Part shown: piece by piece, positions 8,901-16,085 of the stretch
How positions within the stretch are numbered: the first letter of the stretch is position 1
Layout: each line of letters begins with the position of its first letter
NCBI GenBank assembly: GCA_963665325.3
Contig: OZ224045.1
Coordinates: 704,001 to 768,000 of the forward strand
DNA: 64,000 nucleotides
Origin: Alphaproteobacteria bacterium
GTDB taxonomy: Bacteria; Pseudomonadota; Alphaproteobacteria; Bin95
Direction: 5' to 3'
Translations under genes and position numbers: made by a program
Notes under the pieces: generated by a model
Told to the model about the DNA's origin: nothing
Seen by the model: only the letters and a program-made list of their open reading frames with translations
The model's database searches: none

Positions 8901-11521
8901 TGCACCGGCGTCGCCGTCGCCGTCGCCGCAGCGCCCGCGCCGACAGCATTCGCCGCCCGCACCTCGAAGGCATGGGCCGTGCCGTTGGTCAGGCCGCTGA
9001 CTCTTCTGAACAGAACGTTCGCGATCGATTGCCAGGCCGTTTCGGACGGCACCGTGGCGCCCTCTGCGTAGCGGTATTCGTAGCGGTCAATCGCGGTACT
9101 GCCCGGAGCCGCCGGCGCTTCCCAGTCCAGCCTCACCTCCCCGTGGCTCGCCGCCGCCGTCAGGTTCCGCGGTGCGGACGGGGGAAAGCCGGGCGTCGCC
9201 TGGATTTGCGCTGCCGGCCCCTCTCCATCGGCGTTCACCGCCCGCACCTCGAAGCTGTAGAGCGTCCCGTTGGTCAGGAACCGGAAAGCGCCGGTAGTAC
9301 TGGGTCCCGTCGAAATCCAGCGCGTGCTTGCGGGAACCGAGGCGCCTTCGGCATTGCGCATCTCGTAGTACCGGACATTGGACCCGCCGCTGTTCCTCGG
9401 TGCCGACCATCGCAGGACGACCCCGCCGTCTTCCGTCGTGGCAGAGACATCTTGAGGAGCGGACAGCGGACCGTCGTTGTCCTCGATCGTGACCGTCATG
9501 ACGCAACCGCCCGAAGCGCAGGCGGTCGTCCCGTCCGCCTCGCGGAAGCGCACCCACGGGGGTACCCCGGGCGCCGCCAGGACGTTCATCTGGAATTCCT
9601 CGTCGGCCTCGACGGCGCTGTCGTCGACGATGGAGAGCGCGACCGACTTCCGGGCCTGCCAGATGCCGTCAACCTCGGAATAATCCTCCGGCTCGACGTC
9701 GAACATGATCGACAGGTTTTCGACGTCTGCGGAGAGCGTCGCGCCACCGGTAACAGCAGAAGTGATCACCGCCATACGGAAGGCCGCGCTCGGACGGTCG
9801 CCGCCTTGCTCTCCCTGCGCGACAATCGCGACGCTGGCCCCGCTCGCGCCTTCCGCAAATCTGTAGGCCGCCTTTTCCGGGCGGGCGGTGACCGTGGGAT
9901 GGCTCACAGGCGTCGCCGTCGCCGTTGCCGCATCGCCCACGCCGACACCGTTCACCGCCCTCACCTCGAAGGCGTAGGCCGTACCGCTGGTCAGGTCGTC
10001 GACTATTCTGGACGGATCCCTGCCGTTCGATCGCCAGGCCGTCTCGGAAGGCACCGCGGCGCCCTCGGCGTAGCGGTATTCGTAGTCCGTAATCGCGGTA
10101 CTGCCCGGAGCCGCCGGCGCTTCCCACTCCAGCGTCACCTGCCCGTGACTAGCCTTCGCCGTCAGGTTCCGCGGCGCGGACGGGGGAAAGCCGGGCGTCG
10201 CCTGGATCTGCGCTACCGTCCCCTCTCCCTGCGCGTTCACCGCGCGCACCTCGAAGCTGTAGAGCACACCGTTGGTCAACTGCCGAAAAGCTCCCGTAGT
10301 GGCGATCCCCGTCGAAATCCAGGGCCTGTCCTCGGGAACCGAGGCGCCTTCGGCGCGGCGCATCTGGTAGTGCAGGATTCTGGAGCCGCCATCGTGCGCC
10401 GGCGCCGACCATCGCAGGACGACCGCGCCGTCTTCCGGTGTCGCCGTCAGGCTTTGCGGCGCAGACGGTCGACCCGGCGTCGCCTGGATCTGCGCTACCG
10501 GCCCCTCTCCCTGCGCGTTCACCGCCCGCACCTCGAAGCTGTAGAGCACACCGTTGGTCAGCGAACGGAAAACGACCGCAGTGGTGGACCCCGCCCAACT
10601 CCAGGGCCTGTCCTCGGGAACCGAGGCGCCTTCGGCGTAGCGTATCTGGTAGTGCAGGACTCTGGAGCTGCCTTCATCCGCCGGCGCCGACCATTGCAGG
10701 ACGACCGCGCTGTCTTCCGGTGTCGCCGTCAGGCTTTGCGGCGCAGACGGTTGACCCGGCGTTGCCTGGATCCGCGCTGCCGGCCCCTCTCCCCGGGCGC
10801 TCACCGCCCGCACCTCGAAGCTGTAGCGCGTCCCGTTGGTCAATTGCGGGAAAGCCCTCGACGTGAGGGTCCCGTTCGATATCCAGGGCGTACCCTCGGG
10901 AACCGAGGTGCCTTCGGCGCTGCGCACCTCGTAGCGCAGCAGGATAGTGGAGCCGCCATCGTCCGCCGGCGCCGACCAGCGCAGGACGACCCCGCTGTCG
11001 TCCGCCGTTGCCGTCAGGCTTTGCGGTGCGGACGGGGGAAGACCGGGCGTCGCCTGGAGTTGCGCCGCCGGCCCTGCTCCCTGGGCGTTCACCGCCCGCA
11101 CCTCGAAGCTGTAGCGCGTCCCGTTGGTCAGCTGCGGGAAAGCGAACGACGTGAAGGTCCCGGTCCGAATCCAGGGCGTACCCTCGGGAACCGAGGCGCC
11201 TTCGGCGCTGCGCACCTCGTAGCGCAGGATAGTGGAGCCGCCATTGTCCGCCGGCGCCGACCATCGCAGGACGACCCCGCCGTTGTCCACCGTCGCGGAG
11301 ACGTTCTGCAGCGCACCCGGGGGGCCCGGCTCACTCTGGCGCGCAACGGGCGGGTCGGACGGATTGCTCGCCTGCGCAGCGGCGGCCGGCAGAAAAACCG
11401 ATGCGACGCCGAATATGGCAGCCCAGCGTCGGACAAACCGGACCGACGCGCAAAGAAACCCGGTCGGCCCGGAACGAAAATTGTTTCGAATGGCGCTCGA
11501 CCAGCCGGAAGTCGTACCCAT
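2981..11521 (-). CDS. Giant fibronectin type III repeat surface protein (~24 complete Fn3 + 1 broken, 3 Calx-beta-like domains), C-terminally truncated by the transposon
   Basis: Repeated W.AP..GGS...YEYR and Y[SA]FEVRA motifs; three 'LSIVDD...E.DE' Calx-beta-like units; N-terminal signal-like segment (WAAIFGVASVFLPAAAAQA); last repeat breaks at VPDE|CALGI*. Confidence 0.9.
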   Translation of the reverse strand: MGTTSGWSSAIRNNFRSGPTGFLCASVRFVRRWAAIFGVASVFLPAAAAQASNPSDPPVARQSEPGPPGALQNVSATVDNGGVVLRWSAPADNGGSTILRYEVRSAEGASVPEGTPWIRTGTFTSFAFPQLTNGTRYSFEVRAVNAQGAGPAAQLQATPGLPPSAPQSLTATADDSGVVLRWSAPADDGGSTILLRYEVRSAEGTSVPEGTPWISNGTLTSRAFPQLTNGTRYSFEVRAVSARGEGPAARIQATPGQPSAPQSLTATPEDSAVVLQWSAPADEGSSRVLHYQIRYAEGASVPEDRPWSWAGSTTAVVFRSLTNGVLYSFEVRAVNAQGEGPVAQIQATPGRPSAPQSLTATPEDGAVVLRWSAPAHDGGSRILHYQMRRAEGASVPEDRPWISTGIATTGAFRQLTNGVLYSFEVRAVNAQGEGTVAQIQATPGFPPSAPRNLTAKASHGQVTLEWEAPAAPGSTAITDYEYRYAEGAAVPSETAWRSNGRDPSRIVDDLTSGTAYAFEVRAVNGVGVGDAATATATPVSHPTVTARPEKAAYRFAEGASGASVAIVAQGEQGGDRPSAAFRMAVITSAVTGGATLSADVENLSIMFDVEPEDYSEVDGIWQARKSVALSIVDDSAVEADEEFQMNVLAAPGVPPWVRFREADGTTACASGGCVMTVTIEDNDGPLSAPQDVSATTEDGGVVLRWSAPRNSGGSNVRYYEMRNAEGASVPASTRWISTGPSTTGAFRFLTNGTLYSFEVRAVNADGEGPAAQIQATPGFPPSAPRNLTAAASHGEVRLDWEAPAAPGSTAIDRYEYRYAEGATVPSETAWQSIANVLFRRVSGLTNGTAHAFEVRAANAVGAGAAATATATPVHQPTVTARPEKAAYNFVEGASETSVAIVAEVESDGGRPSETFYVSVSTKEVTGGAKSPADFGAVAAPVGIEPKDFSKVGGVWQARKTVALSIVDDALDEDDENLTVTLEMAPGFPPWAQIREADGTTVCGSGVCLMTVTIGDNDSAPSEPQNFTATPEDGAVTLAWEAPADSGTSAISEYEYRHAEGTSVPEKRDWISAGTDLTATIGSLTEGTTYAFEVRAVSDAGGGAPASATAGPLTLPSVPQDVVAAAEDGGVVLRWSAPADDGGSNVRHYQMRNAEGASVPASTRWISTGPSTTGAFRFLTNGTLYSFEVRAVNAQGDGPAAQIQATPGFPPSAPRNLTATASHGAVTLEWEAPSDSGSTAIDRYEYRYAEGATVPSETAWQSIANVLPRRVSSLTDGTAYAFEVRAVNDVGAGAAATATATPVRHPTITARPEKAAYRFAEGASETSVAIVAEVESGGGRPSEVFEVSVSTKTVTGGAKFGADYATLSITVRIEPEDFSEVGGIWQARKTVALSIVDDALDEDDENLSVRLIRAPGFPPWAQIREADGTTVCGADGCLMTVTIGDNDSAPSAPQNLSATPGDGEVTLAWEAPADPGTSAISEYEYRHAEGTSVPAERDWISAGTDLTATIGSLTEGTTYAFEVRAVSDAGGGAPASATAGPLTLPSVPQEVVAAAEDGGIVLRWSAPADDGGSNVRHYQMRNAEGASVPASTRWISTGLRTTGAFRFLTNGTLYSFEVRAVNAQGDGPAAQIQATPGLPPSAPRNLMATPADGGVELRWQAPADDGGADIARYDVRHAEGASVPGDTTWTPVGLVTTLTVSDLTNGTAYAFEVRAVSNATAGEAATTAATPATVPGPPQNFSTTPSDGEVVLTWQAPASNGGSAVTEYEYRHAEGEAVPDETAWQSAGTGLTATVDSLTNGTEYAFEVRAVNAEGEGGAATATVTPAAQPTVPSVPQNLAATPGDGEVVLTWQAPASNGGSAVTEYEYRHAEGASVPDETAWQSAGTSLTATVNSLTNGTEYAFEVRAVNAEGESDPAAATATPATVPGPPQNLSTTPADGQVTLTWKVPSSNGGSAVIDYEYRLAEGASVPAEAAWLSTGKRTHVTRRGLTNGTEYTFEVRAVNVVGGSEPATATTTPAVQPTVPSVPQSLAATPGDGEVVLTWQAPASNGGSAVTEYEYRHAEGASVPDETAWQSAGTSLTATVDSLTNGTEYAFEVRAVNAEGEGEAATATATPVTVPGLPQSLAATPGDGEVVLTWQAPASNGGSAVTGYEYRHAEGASVPDETAWQSAGTSLTATVDSLTNGTEYAFEVRAVNNEGEGEAATAAATPAVQPTVPSVPQSLAAMPGDGEVVLTWQAPASNGGSAVTGYEYRHAEGASVPDETAWQSAGTSLTATVDSLTNGTEYAFEVRAMNAEGEGEAATAAATPAVQPTVPSVPQNLAATPGDGEVVLTWQAPASNGGSAVTGYEYRHAEGASVPDETAWQSAGTSLTATVDSLTNGTEYAFEVRAMNAEGEGEAATAAATPAVQPKVPSVPQNLAATPGDGEVVLTWQAPASNGGSAVTGYEYRHAEGEAVPDETAWQSAGTSLTATVDSLTNGTEYAFEVRAVNAEGEGGAAAKSATPATVPSVPQSLVATPGNGEVVLTWQAPASNGGSAVTEYEYRHAEGASVPDETAWQSAGTSLTATVDSLTNGTEYAFEVRAVNAEGEGKPAAATATPATVPGPPQNFSTTPGDGEVVLTWQAPASNGGSAVTEYEYRHAEGASVPDETAWQSAGTGLTATVDSLTNGTDYAFEVRAVNAEGESEAAAMSATPATVPGLPQSLVATPGNGEVVLTWQAPSSNGGSAVTGYEYRHAEGEAVPDETAWQSAGTSLTATVDSLTNGTEYAFEVRAVNNVGPGAAVTGMGSPAATVPFAPQTLVATPGDGEVVLAWTAPADDGGSAVTEYEYRHAAGSSVPDECALGI
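3000..6330. repeat. Near-identical intragenic tandem repeats of ~285-294 bp (one Fn3 domain each)
   Basis: Units at 4188, 4482 and 4776 are spaced 294 bp and almost identical. Confidence 0.9.
6600..9450. repeat. Higher-order 1287-bp duplication (Fn3-Fn3-Calx-Fn3 module)
   Basis: The motif CGCGTGCTTGCGGGAACCGAGG recurs with its TTGCGGG at 6754, 8041 and 9328 (period 1287). Confidence 0.85.
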
Positions 11522-11605
11522 GTGAAGACCCCAAGAATTGGAGGATTAGGGTCTTCGAACTAGAGACAGAACTTCTCATCTGGAAATGCCTATAAAGGAA
11601 TTCTC

Positions 11606-11620
11606 ATGCAGGAATTGCAT
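11606..11620. promoter_or_regulatory. Putative LysR-binding dyad (T-N11-A) in AT-rich divergent promoter region
   Basis: ATGCA-GGAAT-TGCAT between the divergent Fn3 gene and LysR gene. Confidence 0.5.
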
Positions 11621-11840
11621 AAAGTAAAAATTCGATACAATGAAAGATTTGGAACCGTTTGCTGGCAATCAAAGAAAAACTAATCGAGCACAGAAGTTAT
11701 TGTTATCGACATCGGACATGATCACGAGTTTGTGTTCACATTCAAACAAATTAGATAGTCACATGCTTAAATGTCCTAGCCAGATGACCTACATAAATGT
11801 CACAAACCCTCTTCCGAACTGCCGAAGGAGAGAATCCGGT

Positions 11841-12791
11841 ATGTTCGAAAAACGTAGCGACCTGATGAAGTTCCTCACCGTCGCTGAAACGGGCACGGTT
11901 CTCGGTGCGGCGGACCGGATCGCAATGACGCAACCGGCCTTGTCGCGCGCCATCTCCCGGCTCGAGACATCGTTCGGCGGACAACTGTTCGAACGGCTCC
12001 CGACGGGCGTCCGCCTGACGGAATTCGGCGCCACGGTCGCCGAGCAGGCCCGCCACATCCTGCGCGAGATCGAAACTGCCGAAGGAAGGGTCAGGTCGGC
12101 ACTGTCAGGCCATTCCAGCGGCCTGCGGATCACGGCGGGTCCGACATGGATGCAGACGATCCTGCCTGAGGCCATCGCGAGGTTTCACGATGCCTTTCCC
12201 GATGTCGAGCTGAGACTGCATGCCATGACGTTCCTCGAAGGGACCCGGCTGCTCATAAACGGTGAAAGCGACCTCCATTGCGGCCGTATCGACACCGAAC
12301 GGCACCTGCCTGCATTCCTTAGACGCGAAAGCTTCCTCAACATGAGGTCGAGCATCGTTGCCCGCTCCGATCATCCGCTTCATTCCGGCAAGGTGGCGTG
12401 TGACGACCTGGTCGAGTGGCCCTGGATCGATTGCGAAGCTTCTGCGAGGACGCAGGATGACGAGGAGCAGTCGCCCCTTGCCGAGCTTTTTGACGAGCTG
12501 TTTGCCAGAACCCGGAAACGGGTTCGCACCGTCGTCCGCGCCGGGCCCGCAGGCCTGGCGCTCATGGGCATGGGTCCTTACTTGTCCAGGCTCCCGGTCA
12601 CTTTCCTCGACAGGCTTCCCGGACTCAGCCTCAAGCCGCTGCCGCTCGAATTCGGCACGGCCGCGTTTCGCGCCGGCATCGTTTCGCGCGTTTCAGCCTG
12701 GGACTTTTCCGCTTTCCGGTATTTCGCCGAAACCGTCCGCGAAGTGGCGCGCGGTCAGCGAACCCACCTGCGGGCCATCGCCGCCACCTAG
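11841..12791 (+). CDS. LysR-family transcriptional regulator
   Basis: HTH AADRIAMTQPALSRAISRLE...LFER; AAGGAG upstream of ATG 11841. Confidence 0.93.
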   Translation: MFEKRSDLMKFLTVAETGTVLGAADRIAMTQPALSRAISRLETSFGGQLFERLPTGVRLTEFGATVAEQARHILREIETAEGRVRSALSGHSSGLRITAGPTWMQTILPEAIARFHDAFPDVELRLHAMTFLEGTRLLINGESDLHCGRIDTERHLPAFLRRESFLNMRSSIVARSDHPLHSGKVACDDLVEWPWIDCEASARTQDDEEQSPLAELFDELFARTRKRVRTVVRAGPAGLALMGMGPYLSRLPVTFLDRLPGLSLKPLPLEFGTAAFRAGIVSRVSAWDFSAFRYFAETVREVARGQRTHLRAIAAT

Positions 12792-12802
12792 CCCGCGGAG
12801 CG

Positions 12803-13561
12803 TCAGCGGGCGGGCGACAGGCCTTCTTTCCGGTAAAACAGCCGCATCGCAACCGCCGACACGGCATAGCAGACGACGAGGAATGGTCCGGCAGGCAGGT
12901 CGGCGGCGGCCGATATCAGTATGGCCGCGACCGCGGCCGCTGCACCGCTCGCGAAGGCGCGCCAATGGACGTAGCCCTTGCCGGCGCGCGCCGCGAGAGC
13001 CGGCAGGATAAGGCTCGCAAACACCACATAGACACCGACCAGCTGCATCGATGCCGTGATGACCAGGGCGAACAGGACGAAGAAGCCGGCGCCGGCGCGG
13101 AGACGCGGAACGAGGAGCCAGAGCGCGGCGAAGAGACCGTATATCGGCAGAAAGGCCGCAATGTCGTCCCAGGTCACGAACAGGAGTTGACCGGAAAGCA
13201 CGTGGCGCAGCTCCTCGCCGCCATGCGGGTCGTCGGCAAGCGCCAGCAGGGCTATGGACGCTGCAACGATGAAGCTGCTGCCTATGACGGCTTCCTGCTC
13301 CTGCGGCGACTTGCGCTCGATCCAGCGGAAGAACAGCGCAATGGCGATGCCGGCGGTGAAGGCCACCCCCTGGGCCACGATCCAGTTCGGTTCCTCCAGC
13401 CAGACACCGAGCAGAATGACGGCCAGCCCGACTACCTGGGCGGTCGCCAGGTCGATGAACACGATCCCGCGCTTGAGAACCTCGATCCCGAGCGGCGCGT
13501 GCGCCGCCGTGACGACCAGCCCGACAACGAGGCCCGGCGCCACGATGTCGAACAGGTCAAG
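12803..13561 (-). CDS. Metal (Zn) ABC transporter permease, ZnuB-like; start uncertain
   Basis: HAPLGIEVLKRGIVFIDLA, EAVIG and GVYVVFASLILPA; hydrophobic; follows the substrate-binding protein gene. Confidence 0.85.
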   Translation of the reverse strand, partial: LDLFDIVAPGLVVGLVVTAAHAPLGIEVLKRGIVFIDLATAQVVGLAVILLGVWLEEPNWIVAQGVAFTAGIAIALFFRWIERKSPQEQEAVIGSSFIVAASIALLALADDPHGGEELRHVLSGQLLFVTWDDIAAFLPIYGLFAALWLLVPRLRAGAGFFVLFALVITASMQLVGVYVVFASLILPALAARAGKGYVHWRAFASGAAAAVAAILISAAADLPAGPFLVVCYAVSAVAMRLFYRKEGLSPAR

Positions 13562-14468
13562 ACCGATCTCGGGCCTCCTCAAGCAAGGCCAGCGTGCTGT
13601 CGAACAATGAGAACAGGTCGCCCGCCTCCGGGCTGCCGCCGACCGTGAAAGGAAGCTCGGCGACCGGAATGCCCGTCTTCCCGGAAAGCCACTCGGAAGC
13701 GTCCTCGGGTTCGAAGGGCGCGCGGACAATGGCCCTGGCGCCGCTGTTTCGCACCAGTTCAAGAACTTCGACGAGATGCGACGCGGTCGGCGGAATGCCC
13801 GAAACCCGCTCCAGTACCGCAACCCGCTCCAATTCGGCCCAGCGCAGCAGATAGACCCAGGCCTTGTGATGGACGACCACCTTCATGCCGCGCAGCTTCT
13901 CCGTCCGCTCCCGCCAGCCGGCCACGGCGTCGGCCCAGCGGGCCTCAAAGGACGCCAGGCGTTGCCGGTAGGCTTCCGCCCGGTCCGGGTCGATTTGCTC
14001 CAGCCGCTCCGTCAGCAACCGTGCGAGGACGGCGATGTTCCCCGGGTCGAGATGGACATGCGGATTTCCGCCCGGGTGAATGTCTCCCAGGCTGCGGTCC
14101 AGGACTTCGGGCCGTTCCAGGACCTCGACATGGTCTGCCGCCATGATGTGCCCCGGCTGGCCCGGCTGCACGATGCGCCCCGCACCTCTCTGCATTAGGA
14201 CCGGCAGCCAGCCGACTTCGAGGTCCGCGCCGGAACAGAACAGTATTTTCGCGCGGCGCACCTTTGCGATCAGGCTGGGGCGGGCGCGTATGTAGTGCGC
14301 GTCCTGGCCGCCATGGGTCGCCGAATGGACAACGACGTCCTCGCCACCGATTTCCTCCGCCAGCGCCGCCCATTCCGGCTCGCAGGCGAGAATCCGGACC
14401 TGCGCATCCGCCATCGCCGGCGACAGCAATGCGGCCGCCAGCGCGGCCGCCAGCGCCGTTCTCCTCAT
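13557..14468 (-). CDS. Zinc ABC transporter substrate-binding protein (ZnuA/TroA family)
   Basis: Signal peptide; QDAHYI, GADLEVGWLP, HPGGNPHVHLDP and PTASHL motifs. Confidence 0.92.
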   Translation of the reverse strand: MRRTALAAALAAALLSPAMADAQVRILACEPEWAALAEEIGGEDVVVHSATHGGQDAHYIRARPSLIAKVRRAKILFCSGADLEVGWLPVLMQRGAGRIVQPGQPGHIMAADHVEVLERPEVLDRSLGDIHPGGNPHVHLDPGNIAVLARLLTERLEQIDPDRAEAYRQRLASFEARWADAVAGWRERTEKLRGMKVVVHHKAWVYLLRWAELERVAVLERVSGIPPTASHLVEVLELVRNSGARAIVRAPFEPEDASEWLSGKTGIPVAELPFTVGGSPEAGDLFSLFDSTLALLEEARDRS

Positions 14469-14482
14469 CTTGCCCTCCCGGT

Positions 14483-15952
14483 TCAGAAGCTGTGGGCGCC
14501 GTGGGCGCCGAGGCTCATGACATATTGCAGGATGAACTGGTCGTCGCGTTCGTCGCCGAAGGATTTGCGGTTGTACTGGAACCGGACCCGCCCGAACTCG
14601 CTGTTAGTCCAGTCGAGCATGGCGCTGACCGTGGAGAGGTTATGGTCCAGCTCCGCGTCGTCAGGCGGCGAGAGGCGCGCATAGCGAAGCCCGGCCCGCC
14701 AGCGAGGCATGAACTTGTAGACCGCCTGCGCATACCAGCCGCTGGCGTCGCCATTCAGGCGCTCGGTCTCCGACTCGGTATGGCAGATTTCATGCTCGTG
14801 CGGGTTTCCCTGTTCGTCTTCTTCTTCGCAGTGTTGCTCTTCCAGGGTGTACAACCCCTTTTCGCTGCGGCGGAAATACTCGCCCTGGAGGATCAGCTCC
14901 CTGTCCCGCGCATTGCCGGTCGGCGCGTAGGTGTAGCGGAAATCGACGCCGAAGAGCCGCGTGTCGCCCGTGAACGAGCCGTTGGAGAAATACTCGGCGT
15001 GGGCATGCTCCTCCTCTTCCTCGCCTTCTTCCCCTTCCTCATGCGCATGCTCCTCCTCTTCATGCGCATGGGCGTCGCCTCCCGTCCGGTCGCGGGACTC
15101 CCCGTCCAGCATGTAAGCGCCGACCCGTAATGCGGAATTGGCGGTCAGGTCGCCGCCCAGCCGCGCATAGACGGACCGGGCGTCGCGGCCCGTCTCGGAA
15201 CCTCCGAAGGGCGTGTCACCGCCACGGAAGATGCCGCCCCCGACCTCCTTGTAGAGGTCGCCCGGAAGCACGATGGAAACTTCTGCGCCGTCGTCATTGT
15301 AGGCGCCGTCCAGGAATGCCCTGTAGGGAAGCGGACGGTCACTGAAATCGTCGCCGTGGGCATGCAGCTCGTTCAGGTAGCCAAATGTCCAGAGCGCACG
15401 GCCCGCCTTGAGCCGGAAGCCGTCCGGCATACCCGAACCGGGCAGGGTCTGGATATAGGCTTCCTCCAGCTCGACCTCGGTCGGCTCGCCCGCATGCACG
15501 CCGAGCCCGAGCGTAAGGGCCCCCCGGAACTTGTCGTCGATATTGCCCGACATGGCGATCTCGCTATGGCCGAGGGCGAGCCCCTCATCCGGACGCTCTG
15601 ACTCGTGGCCGAGCTGGAAACCCGGAAGCCCGGAGCCGTCTTCGGAGTATTCCGAGAACATGCCGTTCAGAACGATGCCGATGGCCGGATTGAAGCTGTT
15701 GTCGCCGGTCCGCATGGACGGCCGCGAGGCCGGGGCGGTTTTCTGTTCGGCGGCCGGGGCCTTGGCCTTCATCCCGGCGAGTTGGGCCTCCAGCGCCGCA
15801 ATGCGCTTTTCGTAATCCTGCTTCAGTGCGTCGATCTGCGCGGCCAGTTGCTCTGCCGTGGGCGGCCCCGACTGCGCCTCGGCCGCCGAAACGGCGAACA
15901 AGACCGGCAACCCGATGGCCGCCAACCGCACAAATCCCAAAAGTCCGCGCAT
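14483..15952 (-). CDS. Zinc-regulated outer-membrane beta-barrel protein with His/Glu-rich loops
   Basis: Signal peptide, N-terminal coiled coil, FNPAIGIVLNG, LEEAY, two His/Glu-rich inserts, C-terminal LGAHGAHSF. Confidence 0.82.
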   Translation of the reverse strand: MRGLLGFVRLAAIGLPVLFAVSAAEAQSGPPTAEQLAAQIDALKQDYEKRIAALEAQLAGMKAKAPAAEQKTAPASRPSMRTGDNSFNPAIGIVLNGMFSEYSEDGSGLPGFQLGHESERPDEGLALGHSEIAMSGNIDDKFRGALTLGLGVHAGEPTEVELEEAYIQTLPGSGMPDGFRLKAGRALWTFGYLNELHAHGDDFSDRPLPYRAFLDGAYNDDGAEVSIVLPGDLYKEVGGGIFRGGDTPFGGSETGRDARSVYARLGGDLTANSALRVGAYMLDGESRDRTGGDAHAHEEEEHAHEEGEEGEEEEEHAHAEYFSNGSFTGDTRLFGVDFRYTYAPTGNARDRELILQGEYFRRSEKGLYTLEEQHCEEEDEQGNPHEHEICHTESETERLNGDASGWYAQAVYKFMPRWRAGLRYARLSPPDDAELDHNLSTVSAMLDWTNSEFGRVRFQYNRKSFGDERDDQFILQYVMSLGAHGAHSF

Positions 15953-16004
15953 AGATACCCCTCCGACGACCCTCCCATGCAGCGAGGTCTCGTCATTCGT
16001 CTAG

Positions 16005-16041
16005 ATCGTTACTGTATTACATAATGATACAAGATAACATT
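16005..16041. promoter_or_regulatory. Tandem Zur-box-like operators
   Basis: AATGATACAAGATAACATT (16023-16041) and ATCGTTACTGTATTACATA (16005-16023) resemble the Zur palindrome AATGTTATAnTATAACATT; upstream of the Zn uptake operon. Confidence 0.7.
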
Positions 16042-16085
16042 TCAAGCAAGAAGCGGCCGGGTTCGCCGGGCAGCCGGCGGCGCGA

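Noticed and set aside
2981-11521. Diversity-generating retroelement target
   Set aside because: No reverse transcriptase in the window and no evident adenine-specific template/variable pair.
5915-11563. 1882-aa plus-strand ORF and other long Arg-rich ORFs
   Set aside because: Antisense shadows of GC-rich genes with no recognisable domains.
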